DNA of 64,000 bases from Spirochaetia bacterium (GCA_963677925.2 CAXXYH010000004.1:1888001-1952000); one strand, 5' to 3'. Positions 1-9,909 are shown, counted from the stretch's first letter. Program-made: numbers and translations. Notes: generated by a model from the letters alone, not told the origin.

Positions 1-1
1 G

Positions 2-544
2 ACAGAGAAGGGAGCGGTTTTCCTCGATCCGAAAATGTTCAGCCCATATGAGTTTTTCCAGTACTGGAGAAATGTAGCTGATGCCGATGTTGGAAAGTTT
101 CTGAAGTTCTTTACATTCCTGCCTATCGAAGAGATTAACGAGCTTGAAAAGCTTGAAGGTTCCGATATCAACAGGGCAAAGGAAAGACTTGCCTATGAGC
201 AGACAAAGCTGATACATGGTGAAGAAGAGGCTGACAAGGCACTGGAGGCAGCAAAGGCCGCATTTACAAGCGGAGGCGGGGCTGCTGACAAGGATGCCAT
301 TCCTTCTGTTTCGATTCCGATGTCAGAGCTTGAAGCCGGAATCGGTATTATGGATCTCTTTGCAAAAACCGACCTTTGTTCATCAAAGGGGGAGGCCAGA
401 AGACTTGTTCAGCAGGGCGGCGCCAGAGTCAACGAGGTTCAGATTACCGATATCGATGCTGTAATCAATGCTGATTCAGTTGAGGATGGTGAGATACTGC
501 TGAAAGCCGGAAAAAAAAGATACTACAGGGTAATTGCCGGTTAG
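2..544 (+). CDS. tyrS: Tyrosyl-tRNA synthetase, C-terminal part (truncated by window start)
   Basis: TEKGAVFLDP..SPYEFFQYWRNVADADV motif and C-terminal S4-like domain (SSKGEARRLVQQGG..LLKAGKKRY). Confidence 0.96.
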   Translation, partial: TEKGAVFLDPKMFSPYEFFQYWRNVADADVGKFLKFFTFLPIEEINELEKLEGSDINRAKERLAYEQTKLIHGEEEADKALEAAKAAFTSGGGAADKDAIPSVSIPMSELEAGIGIMDLFAKTDLCSSKGEARRLVQQGGARVNEVQITDIDAVINADSVEDGEILLKAGKKRYYRVIAG

Positions 545-570
545 TAAATTAGATAGAATGTTAATATAGG

Positions 571-605
571 AGAAAGAGCAGCCTTATGACGGGGCTGCTC
601 TTTCT
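571..605 (+). terminator. Intrinsic terminator after tyrS, probably bidirectional
   Basis: AGAAAGAGCAGCC / GGCTGCTCTTTCT inverted repeat between convergent genes. Confidence 0.75.
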
Positions 606-669
606 ATTTGGATATGTTCTCAGAGGTGCGAGGGTCTGAAAACGGATGGCCATGTAATTAGGGCTGGTT

Positions 670-1071
670 TCAGCTTCGGGTCTGCTCAAGCAGTTCCACA
701 AAATCAGACTGAGGTTTCGGTCCAACAATAAAATCACGGATTATTCCATCCTCAACTACCGCGGTTGAGGGGGTCGCCATTATTCCGAAGGCTGAAGCCG
801 TTTTTGAATCTTTGGTTATGTCGATTTTGAAGCAGCGCGGGTTGTTTTTCGTATACTGCTCAACAAGCGGAGTCATGGTCCGGCAGGCTCCGCACTGGGG
901 ACTGTAAAAGTAAAACAGCGATGTCTTTTTATTCTTTACAGCCTTTCCGTATATTCCACTCAGTTCCGGTGCGGATTTGCCCTTTTTAAGTTTCATCTTT
1001 AAAACGATAAGATATTGTGAGCCGAAAAAAAGTATCGCAATTCCGGCTATTACAGCAAGTATGGCAGTCAT
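670..1071 (-). CDS. Membrane-anchored thioredoxin-family protein
   Basis: N-terminal hydrophobic segment; FYSPQCGAC CxxC motif; FGIMATP cis-Pro loop. Confidence 0.85.
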   Translation of the reverse strand: MTAILAVIAGIAILFFGSQYLIVLKMKLKKGKSAPELSGIYGKAVKNKKTSLFYFYSPQCGACRTMTPLVEQYTKNNPRCFKIDITKDSKTASAFGIMATPSTAVVEDGIIRDFIVGPKPQSDFVELLEQTRS

Positions 1072-1156
1072 ATTTAAATACTCCTATATATAACAATAAT
1101 AATATATAGGAGAGTGGAGAGCTTGTCAAACAATATTTATCTGATTATTCAATACA

Positions 1157-1795
1157 CTAAATTATTCCGGCCGGGATAAGTACTGCAAGAAGCAGAGCAT
1201 CTATTACAGCTGCAGAAATAATAAATTTTCTCTGTTTATTTCCGGGAAGATCAAAAACAAGGAATGAAGCCAGGAAAAAAGGTATGTAGGTAGTTATAAA
1301 TACCGGAACAGCTCCCCACCAGGGATAAACCCATATGAATGCCGGAGTAGATGCAAGGAAGACTTCAAATATCGAGAAAAATGCGGCATTTCCGACGGCA
1401 AAGGCTATTCGGTTGTTTATGCCGAGTATTTTCATATTCCTGTCTTCAGGAAGCAGTTTTGACAGTGCTATGCCTGCTACACTGAACATCATTGAAAGTT
1501 CCCAGCTTACACCTATTAAAAGAATGAAACTTGTGCTTTCCGGAGATACTGTCCACAACGCATAGCCGGAGAAGTGTGCAATTACAGCATTAAGGATTTC
1601 ATAGAACCAGTGTACAGTGTACAGGGCCAGTCCCGCAGCAACTGAGCGGTAATTTTTATTTTTGATCTCTGTCGCATAGATATATACAACCACGGCGAAT
1701 ATTGCGATAAATGTCCAGTTGAAATTTGAAGTGTCGCGTACTGCCTGATTTGCAATATCAGCAGCAGCAGTATTGGCGGAAGTTCCGAACCACAT
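1157..1795 (-). CDS. Hypothetical multi-pass membrane protein
   Basis: 212-aa ORF, about 6 hydrophobic segments, GGAGG SD, starts right after the upstream stop. Confidence 0.75.
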   Translation of the reverse strand: MWFGTSANTAAADIANQAVRDTSNFNWTFIAIFAVVVYIYATEIKNKNYRSVAAGLALYTVHWFYEILNAVIAHFSGYALWTVSPESTSFILLIGVSWELSMMFSVAGIALSKLLPEDRNMKILGINNRIAFAVGNAAFFSIFEVFLASTPAFIWVYPWWGAVPVFITTYIPFFLASFLVFDLPGNKQRKFIISAAVIDALLLAVLIPAGII

Positions 1796-1796
1796 T

Positions 1797-2732
1797 TTAT
1801 CCTCCCAGCAGAGTTCCCATCTTGTTGATGAAGGTCTGCTGGATAGAGCTGGCCATTAACAATGCATGAGTTTTTCTCTGATTATACTTTTTATTCCAGA
1901 ATCGGCTTTTTTTAAGTTTTCGTCTTTCATCGGGCGACAGGACAATCCCGAAATTATCATACAAAAGGGTTATATAATGGTGAAAGTTATCAATTTTACG
2001 CTGGGATCGCTGTGAGCCGTTTGTAATCATTAATTTTGACTGTTTTAATGAAACCCGGCCGTCCCGCTTTTCTATGGAGCATATAAGATTTTTATGAAAA
2101 GGTGAGGAAGGATCAGTAGTGTAGAAGATTCTCCGCTCGGTAAAGTCTGAGGGCTTACGGATGTTTAGTGTGAAGGTATAGCCTTTGACCGGTTTTCCCG
2201 GGGCCATCTTCCACAGCGCATAATAACCGCCGCCCTCATAGTCTATAATGAAATCGCCTTTGGGATCTTTATGAAGCAAATCAGCTTCAAATTTCATCGG
2301 ATACATGAAATTATCACCAAAACCAACGTCAGTAATGTATTTGATTCCGTCAATTTTAGCAATTATAAAAGTGTGATCAAAGAAGGTCCCTTCGTCTGTA
2401 ACCCGGCCGCCGTGATATGTTACATCGTAACCGATTTTCTGCAGCAGAAGCATATACATCAGGTTAAGTTCATAACATATACCGCCCCGCCTCTGCAGTA
2501 CTATTTTCTCAAACAGTTCCCGGGGATCCTGTGATAATCGGTTATAAATATGTATATTCAGATTTTCAAAGGGGACGTTAAGCAGGTGACTGCTTTGAAG
2601 CAGCCTCAGATTCTCAAGAGAAGGATCTGGAATTTCACTGATGCCTATTCTTGCAAGGTAGGCTTTTACATCCAGGTAAGTCTTATCCTGCCTCTCAATG
2701 TTAAAACGAATAATTTCCTGCTTCACATTCAT
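1797..2732 (-). CDS. Arylamine N-acetyltransferase family protein
   Basis: HLLNVPFENL, RRGGICYELN (catalytic Cys), DH, DVGFG (Cys-His-Asp triad). Confidence 0.92.
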   Translation of the reverse strand: MNVKQEIIRFNIERQDKTYLDVKAYLARIGISEIPDPSLENLRLLQSSHLLNVPFENLNIHIYNRLSQDPRELFEKIVLQRRGGICYELNLMYMLLLQKIGYDVTYHGGRVTDEGTFFDHTFIIAKIDGIKYITDVGFGDNFMYPMKFEADLLHKDPKGDFIIDYEGGGYYALWKMAPGKPVKGYTFTLNIRKPSDFTERRIFYTTDPSSPFHKNLICSIEKRDGRVSLKQSKLMITNGSQRSQRKIDNFHHYITLLYDNFGIVLSPDERRKLKKSRFWNKKYNQRKTHALLMASSIQQTFINKMGTLLGG

Positions 2733-2948
2733 TATTATAAAAAAAATATAGCATTTGTCTACTGTTTTCGTCTATTTTGATGTCCTGAGTTGCTCCTGCT
2801 AACGTTAAATGCCGAGCCTTTTTTAACCTGCCGCATGGATATAAATTATGATTGGGCTGAGTTAAAGAGCTTCAGAAACATGACCAGTCTGTGCTAAATT
2901 GTTAACAGTTGATTATTGACATGTTATTTTAAAAAATTAGGAGTTGAA

Positions 2949-3668
2949 ATGAATAAAAATCTTTTATTCTTAGTTTTTCTATTTTTCACAATTGATGTGA
3001 ATGCAGAACAGGCAAGGGTATCGCCTGGCGGATATAATATCCCTGAGGGGCGTTTAGATGTAAATGATTTTTATTATTTTTCTGAGATTGTGAATTCAGA
3101 TGATTATGGAGGGAGTCTAATCAGAATTAATATTATAGTAAATTTAGATATGGACGATTATGATTCTTATCGGGATATTACTGATCTGCTTTATGATTTT
3201 GAATCATGGCCTGATTATGTGAATTTTTATGATGGCGGAGATACCGTTTATTTTGAAGGTGATGATTCACTCTGTCCAACAGGCTCCTGTTTGAGCTCTG
3301 AAGTAATTCAGGGTAAAAATGTGTATGTGCATCATGCATTATATAATATTCCTGCGCCGTGGCCTCTTAAAAGGCAAAGAGTTAAAGAAAAAACGGTTTA
3401 TGAAGAGACTGAAACTGCTGTCAGCGGTATGGCTGTGAGTATAATATTTTATCCTCATCCTGATTTTACTGAAACAGAGGGATTTGTTTATAAAAAGGGA
3501 TGGATTAGTATTAAGCAAAATAATGAGGATAATTTATATACAATTTTTCTGACAGTTGATGTCAAAACCGAATTCGGACTGTATGGTTTAGAACTATCCA
3601 AAATGCAAAAACCATTAACTGAAACATTTCTCGCTATTTTTAAAGGGATGTACGGGATTGAAGATTAA
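2949..3668 (+). CDS. Secreted hypothetical protein, possibly START/SRPBCC-like fold
   Basis: Signal peptide MNKNLLFLVFLFFTIDVNA; AGGAG SD before ATG 2949; DFESWPDY and APWP motifs. Confidence 0.6.
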   Translation: MNKNLLFLVFLFFTIDVNAEQARVSPGGYNIPEGRLDVNDFYYFSEIVNSDDYGGSLIRINIIVNLDMDDYDSYRDITDLLYDFESWPDYVNFYDGGDTVYFEGDDSLCPTGSCLSSEVIQGKNVYVHHALYNIPAPWPLKRQRVKEKTVYEETETAVSGMAVSIIFYPHPDFTETEGFVYKKGWISIKQNNEDNLYTIFLTVDVKTEFGLYGLELSKMQKPLTETFLAIFKGMYGIED

Positions 3669-3716
3669 AGTGTAAGTATGTTCCTGCTGTAATTATTTAC
3701 TGATATAATACCGACC

Positions 3717-5249
3717 ATGAATTTTCAGAACTACCTGAATGAGCTTGTATTAAAGACAGAAAATAATAAACGCGACAATCTCAACATTGAAAGGGATATA
3801 TCGATTGTAGCCATGTTTTTTGGATTCTCCGATAACCGTTACCCAAACGGACAGACTGTGGGAGATGAATTCGGCGTCTCCAGAGAATATATACGGCAGA
3901 GAATACAGAGCAAAGTTTCAAATGCCGTTTCAGAAGCAGCCCGGGGCAGGTTTGAAAAGTTTTTTACGGCTGTCAAAGAACGCGATATTTATACTTTTAA
4001 AGATATCAAGGATATTTTGCTAAATGAAGGTTTTGATGTCAGCGAAATGAATGCCTATGGGTTTAATAATTTCTTAACATATTTTGATATTAACTACCCA
4101 TATGAAATCTTTAATTTTGAAATGAAGAAGGCTGATAGAAAAGATTTTTACAGTCTTGATGATTTTCTACTGATTAAAAGAGATAAAGTTAACCATTTTA
4201 AAAAAATCCTGAAGCAGGTTTTCACCCTTCCAGGACATTCAGGCTTGATAAATCTTTCAGAAATATTTGATCCGAAAAACGGAATGCCCTATGAAATGAT
4301 TAAATATATAATAATGCAGTACAGAGGTTCGTATACATATTCTGACGGACTGAGTTTGTGGTACACCTTTGAGAACAGGGACAATGTTTTAATTAATAGC
4401 ATAGGAAAAATCAAATCACAGATTTCCAACTGCAATATTGATAAGCTTGCTGACATCCTGCATGAGATTGTCACTGCCAGAACTTCAAAATACGAATATC
4501 CGTCAGTTCGAGTAATAAGGAAGTATCTGGAAAGCTCGGTTTATACTGATGTCAGGGAGGATACTCTTTATTTTAAAGAGAATCTTGAAATACCGGCTTT
4601 ATCTGAATCCGATAATATAATAATAAGCTACTTTAAAGACGAAAATATTTCTGAAGCAGTCTATAATGATTTGAAGCAAATGTTTTTACTCAATAATTAT
4701 TCGGATGCAAATGCGGTTAAAAACTGCTATCACTCCCCGTTTATTTTTGTTGATAAATCAGGCGGACGGAAAAATTACAGACTTATATTTGTTTCAGAAT
4801 TTGAGATAGAAGATAAGCTGGTTGAAGATAAGTATATACTTTATCGCAATAGATTGATTAAACACTTCAATAACACCGACAAAGAAATTAATTCTTTCAG
4901 GCGTGCTGAACAGAGAATACTGCAGGATTATCTTTTTAAGGATGCTGATGAAGTGGAATGTGCAATCTGCGGGAAAAAATTTAAAACAAAATCTCTTGTA
5001 ACCGCACACAAGAAAAAAAGATCCATGTGCAATGAGAATGAAAGAATCGACCCGAGAATAGTATGGCCATTATGCAAATTCGGATGTGATTACCTGTATG
5101 AGGAAAGGTATATCAAGGTAAATAATGGAAAGATCTGCAGTGATAGGCTGAATGAATTAACTGACTCAGAAAGGAAGTATATTCTTGCCCTTGAAGGTGA
5201 TAATATTTCTGAGGAGTGGCTGTACAAATCTGAACAGTATTTTGAATAA
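3717..5249 (+). CDS. Protein with N-terminal sigma70-r4-like HTH and C-terminal HNH-type nuclease-like domain
   Basis: VGDEFGVSREYIRQ HTH; CAICG...LVTAHKKKRSMC...PLCKFGCDYLYE zinc/HNH-like motif. Confidence 0.7.
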   Translation: MNFQNYLNELVLKTENNKRDNLNIERDISIVAMFFGFSDNRYPNGQTVGDEFGVSREYIRQRIQSKVSNAVSEAARGRFEKFFTAVKERDIYTFKDIKDILLNEGFDVSEMNAYGFNNFLTYFDINYPYEIFNFEMKKADRKDFYSLDDFLLIKRDKVNHFKKILKQVFTLPGHSGLINLSEIFDPKNGMPYEMIKYIIMQYRGSYTYSDGLSLWYTFENRDNVLINSIGKIKSQISNCNIDKLADILHEIVTARTSKYEYPSVRVIRKYLESSVYTDVREDTLYFKENLEIPALSESDNIIISYFKDENISEAVYNDLKQMFLLNNYSDANAVKNCYHSPFIFVDKSGGRKNYRLIFVSEFEIEDKLVEDKYILYRNRLIKHFNNTDKEINSFRRAEQRILQDYLFKDADEVECAICGKKFKTKSLVTAHKKKRSMCNENERIDPRIVWPLCKFGCDYLYEERYIKVNNGKICSDRLNELTDSERKYILALEGDNISEEWLYKSEQYFE

Positions 5250-5250
5250 A

Positions 5251-5805
5251 TTATCGATCCAGAATTTTCCCTAAAACTATCTCCGGCTGAAGTTCCGGGA
5301 ACATATCGGCAGATTCTGAAATATCCATATAATCAAGTTTTACGCCTGCCTCATCTGCCATCTTCATCAGCTCCTGCATGAAAACTGCCGGACCGGGAAC
5401 TATCTCAAGCGGCGGAGCTTTTTTTTCAAGTACTGGACCGCCCCAGTCGGGATTTGAGGGATTGAACTGGGTTCCGCAGCATGGACTGAAAGGTACACCG
5501 ATAACCGCGTATATCTTATCACCGGCTTTCTGGTGCTCAAGCAGCTGGTCAATGTATGGCTGCAGGATAGATCTGCAGTGACGCCTGAAGCCCGGGTTAT
5601 CATACTGCTCTGTGACAGCTTCCCAGCGGTTTAAGCCGCATCCTGTTGTTTCGGGGCAGGGAAGCTGGATGATACCAAAATCGTTGCTTATTAATGGTTC
5701 CAGCAGAGCTTTAAAAGCACCCTTATGAGCAGCATACGGTCTGACTCTGGCATTCTGATTTAAGTAGCAATGTGCGATAACAACTATTTTTTTCCCTCTA
5801 TTCAT
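5251..5805 (-). CDS. TudS-related (DUF523/CD3072-like) putative Fe-S desulfidase
   Basis: HCYLNQN, QLPCPE and SPCCG cysteine motifs typical of the DUF523/TudS family. Confidence 0.8.
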   Translation of the reverse strand: MNRGKKIVVIAHCYLNQNARVRPYAAHKGAFKALLEPLISNDFGIIQLPCPETTGCGLNRWEAVTEQYDNPGFRRHCRSILQPYIDQLLEHQKAGDKIYAVIGVPFSPCCGTQFNPSNPDWGGPVLEKKAPPLEIVPGPAVFMQELMKMADEAGVKLDYMDISESADMFPELQPEIVLGKILDR

Positions 5806-5935
5806 CTTTTACTCCAAAAAATGGTGCGGTAAATTACGTAAAACATATTTTAAATACTTTCAATAATAATTACAATAAACTGAGGGCATATAGAATTAAA
5901 AAAGTGTATTATACTCTTATACAGAGGATATTATT

Positions 5936-6439
5936 ATGGATGTAGATGAGATTGCTTGTAGAATCGGCATATCCGGATCATATCGAATTCTGGGAATGGA
6001 TACTCATGAAACTATATTTTATTTCGGAGGAAGGAATAAGCTTAATAGTAAAATTGAACTTGGTTTCGGATATCAGGATATAACAGATAAATTCTTTCAT
6101 AAGCATGTACCAGGAGAATCAGAGATCGAATATGCAATAAATTATATTGAAGATGAACTGATGAGTAATGATGAGCTGGTTAATGTTGAAGATGCCTTAT
6201 ATATGGATGAAAAACAAATTGCAGATCTGCTGAATCCTTTTCAGTTGCAGAATAATAAAGTTTCCAGAGAAGAAATTGAGGAAATATTTACAAAATATGC
6301 TTTTATATCCATGAGCCGGCTCCCGGTTTACGGGGATGAGCAGATGAGTAATGAAAAATATGCCAAAGTCCTGTTGTTACGTGAAATAATGCATCATCTT
6401 AACTTTTTAAGTATTAATATTATACCTGAACAGCTATGA
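5936..6439 (+). CDS. Hypothetical protein
   Basis: 167-aa ORF with GAGG SD; EIEYAINYIEDELM...LLLREIMHHLNF looks like a conserved uncharacterised family. Confidence 0.65.
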   Translation: MDVDEIACRIGISGSYRILGMDTHETIFYFGGRNKLNSKIELGFGYQDITDKFFHKHVPGESEIEYAINYIEDELMSNDELVNVEDALYMDEKQIADLLNPFQLQNNKVSREEIEEIFTKYAFISMSRLPVYGDEQMSNEKYAKVLLLREIMHHLNFLSINIIPEQL

Positions 6440-6451
6440 AGCCGCAGCTGA

Positions 6452-7564
6452 TTAAGCTTCAATCAGCTCAATCTGTCCATATTCTCCGCTGAACATCCAG
6501 TCAGTTCTGACTCTTGAAGGGATTATTTCTGCTGTCAATCCCGCAATTATTTCAGATTTTAGTATACGGCTTATTAAAACATCTGTTGAAAAGTATTTAA
6601 GAAGTGAGGATGTTTCAGTTTCGTAGGGACGATAGTAGTCATCAATAAGTCTTCTGTAGTTTAAATCGCCCTTAAAAATAAGAAGATCTGATGAGGCTAG
6701 TTTATCCTTCAGATCTTCCGGCATTTGGGAAAAAAGTTTTCCGCTTGAGAAAAATGGTTCTGCACAGAGTTCCAGCCTTCCCTCAAATTCAAAATTATTC
6801 ATATCATCAGTGAACCATTGTAATTCTCTGTTTTGGGACAGACTGCCGAGTAAAAAACGATAATCCATGATTAATGCGTCAGAGACGAAGTAGGGCATTT
6901 GTTTGAAATGCAGCTTGATTTTCTGAACGCCGGTATTTTTTAGCAGCCAGTGAGCCATCATCAAGTCAAAGAACAGCTCTTCACCTGAGTTATCCAGTAT
7001 AAAATCTATTCTGCTGCAATTGCGGACTTTTACATCTGCTTTCTCACGGTGATCTATGAGAAGTTCGAAGGCGGATCCGGATGAGTAATAGGATGAGCTT
7101 TGACTCAGATCTGATTTGTTTCCCATCAGATTGAGCAGGCATATTTCAGAAAAGGAAGTTATAGAGTTCAGCTTTTTGAGGCTTTCAGAGAACTTTTTCA
7201 TGCCTTTTATAATCTCCGCCTCTTTTTTATAACTGAAAAAATCAAAACCGTTTGAATAGTAGCCGCAGACATCACAAATTCTATGATACAGATAGTTTTC
7301 AATGAACAGGAAAGGAGCATTAAGCCAGGTGTAATGGGGATTATTCTCGATAACCCGGTTTATATCAGAAGCAAAGGGATATTCATTACTTAGCGGGGTT
7401 AAATTATTTTCAGGTATTGAGCTTAACAGCCCCATGAGTCCTTTTTCTATTCCGGAATGAAACTTGTTTCCTGCTATCAGATCTTTAAGAATATAGGGGA
7501 ATCTGTTGAGAACTGTAAACCTTGCAAAGGAGCCTTCTTTTGATGTCATTATTTCCTGCTGCAT
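6452..7564 (-). CDS. Damage-control phosphatase, ARMT1/DUF89 family
   Basis: LDNSGEEL..DL, KQMPYFVSD and FKGDLNYRRL motifs. Confidence 0.88.
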   Translation of the reverse strand: MQQEIMTSKEGSFARFTVLNRFPYILKDLIAGNKFHSGIEKGLMGLLSSIPENNLTPLSNEYPFASDINRVIENNPHYTWLNAPFLFIENYLYHRICDVCGYYSNGFDFFSYKKEAEIIKGMKKFSESLKKLNSITSFSEICLLNLMGNKSDLSQSSSYYSSGSAFELLIDHREKADVKVRNCSRIDFILDNSGEELFFDLMMAHWLLKNTGVQKIKLHFKQMPYFVSDALIMDYRFLLGSLSQNRELQWFTDDMNNFEFEGRLELCAEPFFSSGKLFSQMPEDLKDKLASSDLLIFKGDLNYRRLIDDYYRPYETETSSLLKYFSTDVLISRILKSEIIAGLTAEIIPSRVRTDWMFSGEYGQIELIEA

Positions 7565-7645
7565 AAGTTTCTCCTGAAAATGAATTGTACAGTATTATAT
7601 AAAGAATTATAAATATATTCAGCATAAAAGGTTGTATAATATTGG

Positions 7646-8425
7646 ATGAGTTATAGAAATCACTATCAGATACTCGGCGTTTCTGAAAATTCAGATTTAT
7701 CAATGATAAAGCAGGCATTCCGCAGGCTCTCAATGAAATATCATCCTGATAAAAATGACGGTTCATTGAAATCAAATCAGATATTCAGAATCATTCTTGA
7801 CGCCTATCAGGTTCTTTCTGACAATGAAAGAAGAAAGGAATATGATGTATTTCTGAGTAAAAGTACCTATCTCAAGCGCGGCAGGGCGCCGGGACGTCAG
7901 GGAACGGCCGTGCTTTCCGGTAAGGCTGAATTCAGCAGTGAAGAAATACTTGAGCGGATCAATATCATCCTCTGGGAAGTCCATGGACTGGTGGAAGGAA
8001 AGCCTGAAGATCCGGATGTCCGGCGAGTAATTCTGATTATTCTTACCTTCCTTGATAAGTGGATCCTGGAACCTTACGGATTCCCTGACTACTTTATGGA
8101 GGCCCGTAAACTTGGAAAAACTGATCCAAGAATGCTTGTACATCTGCTTGGAAAAACCAGCAGGCCTTATGGACATACGCCTTACAGCAGTGTTGCAGAT
8201 TATTTTTATGATATTCGAAAAAGAGCAGACAAGCTCATAGAAAAACTTACACGTTCAGGCCTTCCTTCAGAAATTATTGCAGATGAACCGGGATTCATTG
8301 ACAGGTTGACGGAATATGATAAGATGGCCATCTACTATCTGAGCCGTGTTCTTGATGACAGGATTCCTACGGAAGGCTTTCCTATGTTTGAATTTTCAGA
8401 TATGGCTTATAATTATGGTTATTAA
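7646..8425 (+). CDS. J-domain (DnaJ-like) protein with unknown C-terminal domain
   Basis: HYQILGV...KYHPDKN...AYQVLSD..RRKEYD. Confidence 0.88.
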   Translation: MSYRNHYQILGVSENSDLSMIKQAFRRLSMKYHPDKNDGSLKSNQIFRIILDAYQVLSDNERRKEYDVFLSKSTYLKRGRAPGRQGTAVLSGKAEFSSEEILERINIILWEVHGLVEGKPEDPDVRRVILIILTFLDKWILEPYGFPDYFMEARKLGKTDPRMLVHLLGKTSRPYGHTPYSSVADYFYDIRKRADKLIEKLTRSGLPSEIIADEPGFIDRLTEYDKMAIYYLSRVLDDRIPTEGFPMFEFSDMAYNYGY

Positions 8426-8470
8426 TTTATAAAAATATTAAAAACTGTATTCTAAAAAGGGAAATTAAAT

Positions 8471-9565
8471 ATGGAAAGAAAAAATCGAATCTTCTTGAGA
8501 AAATTATTAATTCTACTCATATCAACTGTTTGGCTTGTGTCATGCATGACTTCCAATAAGCTTGATACGGAACAGAAAAGTATCAGAGATTATTATGCTG
8601 ATAAAAATTACCAGGAAACTATCCGGCTCTCTCTTGAATATCTGAAACAAAACCCTGATGACGCTTTTGTTAATCATATTCTTGGAAGAGTTTTGTCTGA
8701 TTCATTAAGAGGAGACGAAGCTGTTGCATACCTGGAGAAAGCAATTAAGCTTGATAATGAAAAAAGCTACATTTCAAGCTGGAGCTATCTGTATCTGGGA
8801 AGCTATTATTCTGAGGCTGACAGAGCCCGGGCATTGCAGATGTACGACAAGGTCATAGAACTTAATAAAACCTCTAATTCCGTAAACTGGGCAAAAATTG
8901 AAAAATTGCAGCTTGCTCAGAATAAAGCGGATTTTACATTCATCGGAACAGAACACATCAACTTCTATTTTGATGATATTCAGAGCATCGGCAATCCTGC
9001 TGCATATACGGAAGTTAGAGAGGCCGCCTTTGTTAAAATATGTTCAACTCTGAAAGTGGAGCCTGATTTTAATATTGATTTTTATGTCTGGCATGATCGG
9101 AATAAGTTCTATGAAGAATACGGTAAGACGCTTGGCTTCAGTATCTCAAGCAGAGGGATAATTCATTCGGCTGATAATCAGTCTGCAGGTCATGAAATAG
9201 CTCATTCGATCATATATCACCTTTATAAAAACGGCGGCGAAGCAACCGGTCTGATAAATGAAGGCGGAGCCGTATATTTTGATCAGAATACAGGATTTTC
9301 TTTTGAGGAAAGAGTAAAAAAAGTCAGTAAAAATGCACGAAGGAATCTTGATATAAAGGATATGTGGGCAAACTGGGGAGGCTATACCGAGAATGTTGGA
9401 TATCCTGTTGGTGGAGCTTTTATTGATTATCTTGTTAAAAAGGAAGGGTTTGATAAGCTTATTCTGCTGCTGGGTGATCAGAGCTATGAAAATGCTTTAG
9501 ACATCTACGGAAATAATCTTGAATTATATATAGCCGATTTTGAGAACTGGGTTGATAGTATCTGA
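8471..9565 (+). CDS. TPR-containing lipoprotein with gluzincin (peptidase MA-like) domain
   Basis: Lipobox WLVSC; TPR-like helices; HEIAH...NEG zinc motif. Confidence 0.75.
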   Translation: MERKNRIFLRKLLILLISTVWLVSCMTSNKLDTEQKSIRDYYADKNYQETIRLSLEYLKQNPDDAFVNHILGRVLSDSLRGDEAVAYLEKAIKLDNEKSYISSWSYLYLGSYYSEADRARALQMYDKVIELNKTSNSVNWAKIEKLQLAQNKADFTFIGTEHINFYFDDIQSIGNPAAYTEVREAAFVKICSTLKVEPDFNIDFYVWHDRNKFYEEYGKTLGFSISSRGIIHSADNQSAGHEIAHSIIYHLYKNGGEATGLINEGGAVYFDQNTGFSFEERVKKVSKNARRNLDIKDMWANWGGYTENVGYPVGGAFIDYLVKKEGFDKLILLLGDQSYENALDIYGNNLELYIADFENWVDSI

Positions 9566-9577
9566 TGATCGGATAAG

Positions 9578-9805
9578 TCAGTAGCTTTTCTTAATTAGAG
9601 GCCGTATCAGTTTTTCAAGTCCGTTTATCTTGATTTCCACCAGTATTGCCATCAATTCTCCAAGCCGGCCGCCCGGCAGGCCCTTATCCCTGAACCAGAG
9701 TACATAAGTTTCAGGTAAATCAATCAGGTACCGTCCTGAATATTTTCCGAAGGGCATTTTAGTATTTGCAAGTTCAAGCAGTGTTTCAGCTTCTTCATAT
9801 TCCAT
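9578..9805 (-). CDS. DUF3820 family protein
   Basis: MPFGKYSGRYLIDLPETYVLWF...EIKINGLE signature. Confidence 0.85.
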   Translation of the reverse strand: MEYEEAETLLELANTKMPFGKYSGRYLIDLPETYVLWFRDKGLPGGRLGELMAILVEIKINGLEKLIRPLIKKSY

Positions 9806-9891
9806 AATTAAGTTTAGCAGAAAAATAAGGATTAAAGTAATAGCTCTTTGATGATTTATAGCTTGATTATATGTTTTGTTTTCTTCATAAT

Positions 9892-9909
9892 TAGTCTGAA
9901 AACAGACTA
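9892..9909. promoter_or_regulatory. Putative MarR operator
   Basis: Palindrome TAGTCTG-AAAA-CAGACTA just upstream of the marR-MATE pair. Confidence 0.55.
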
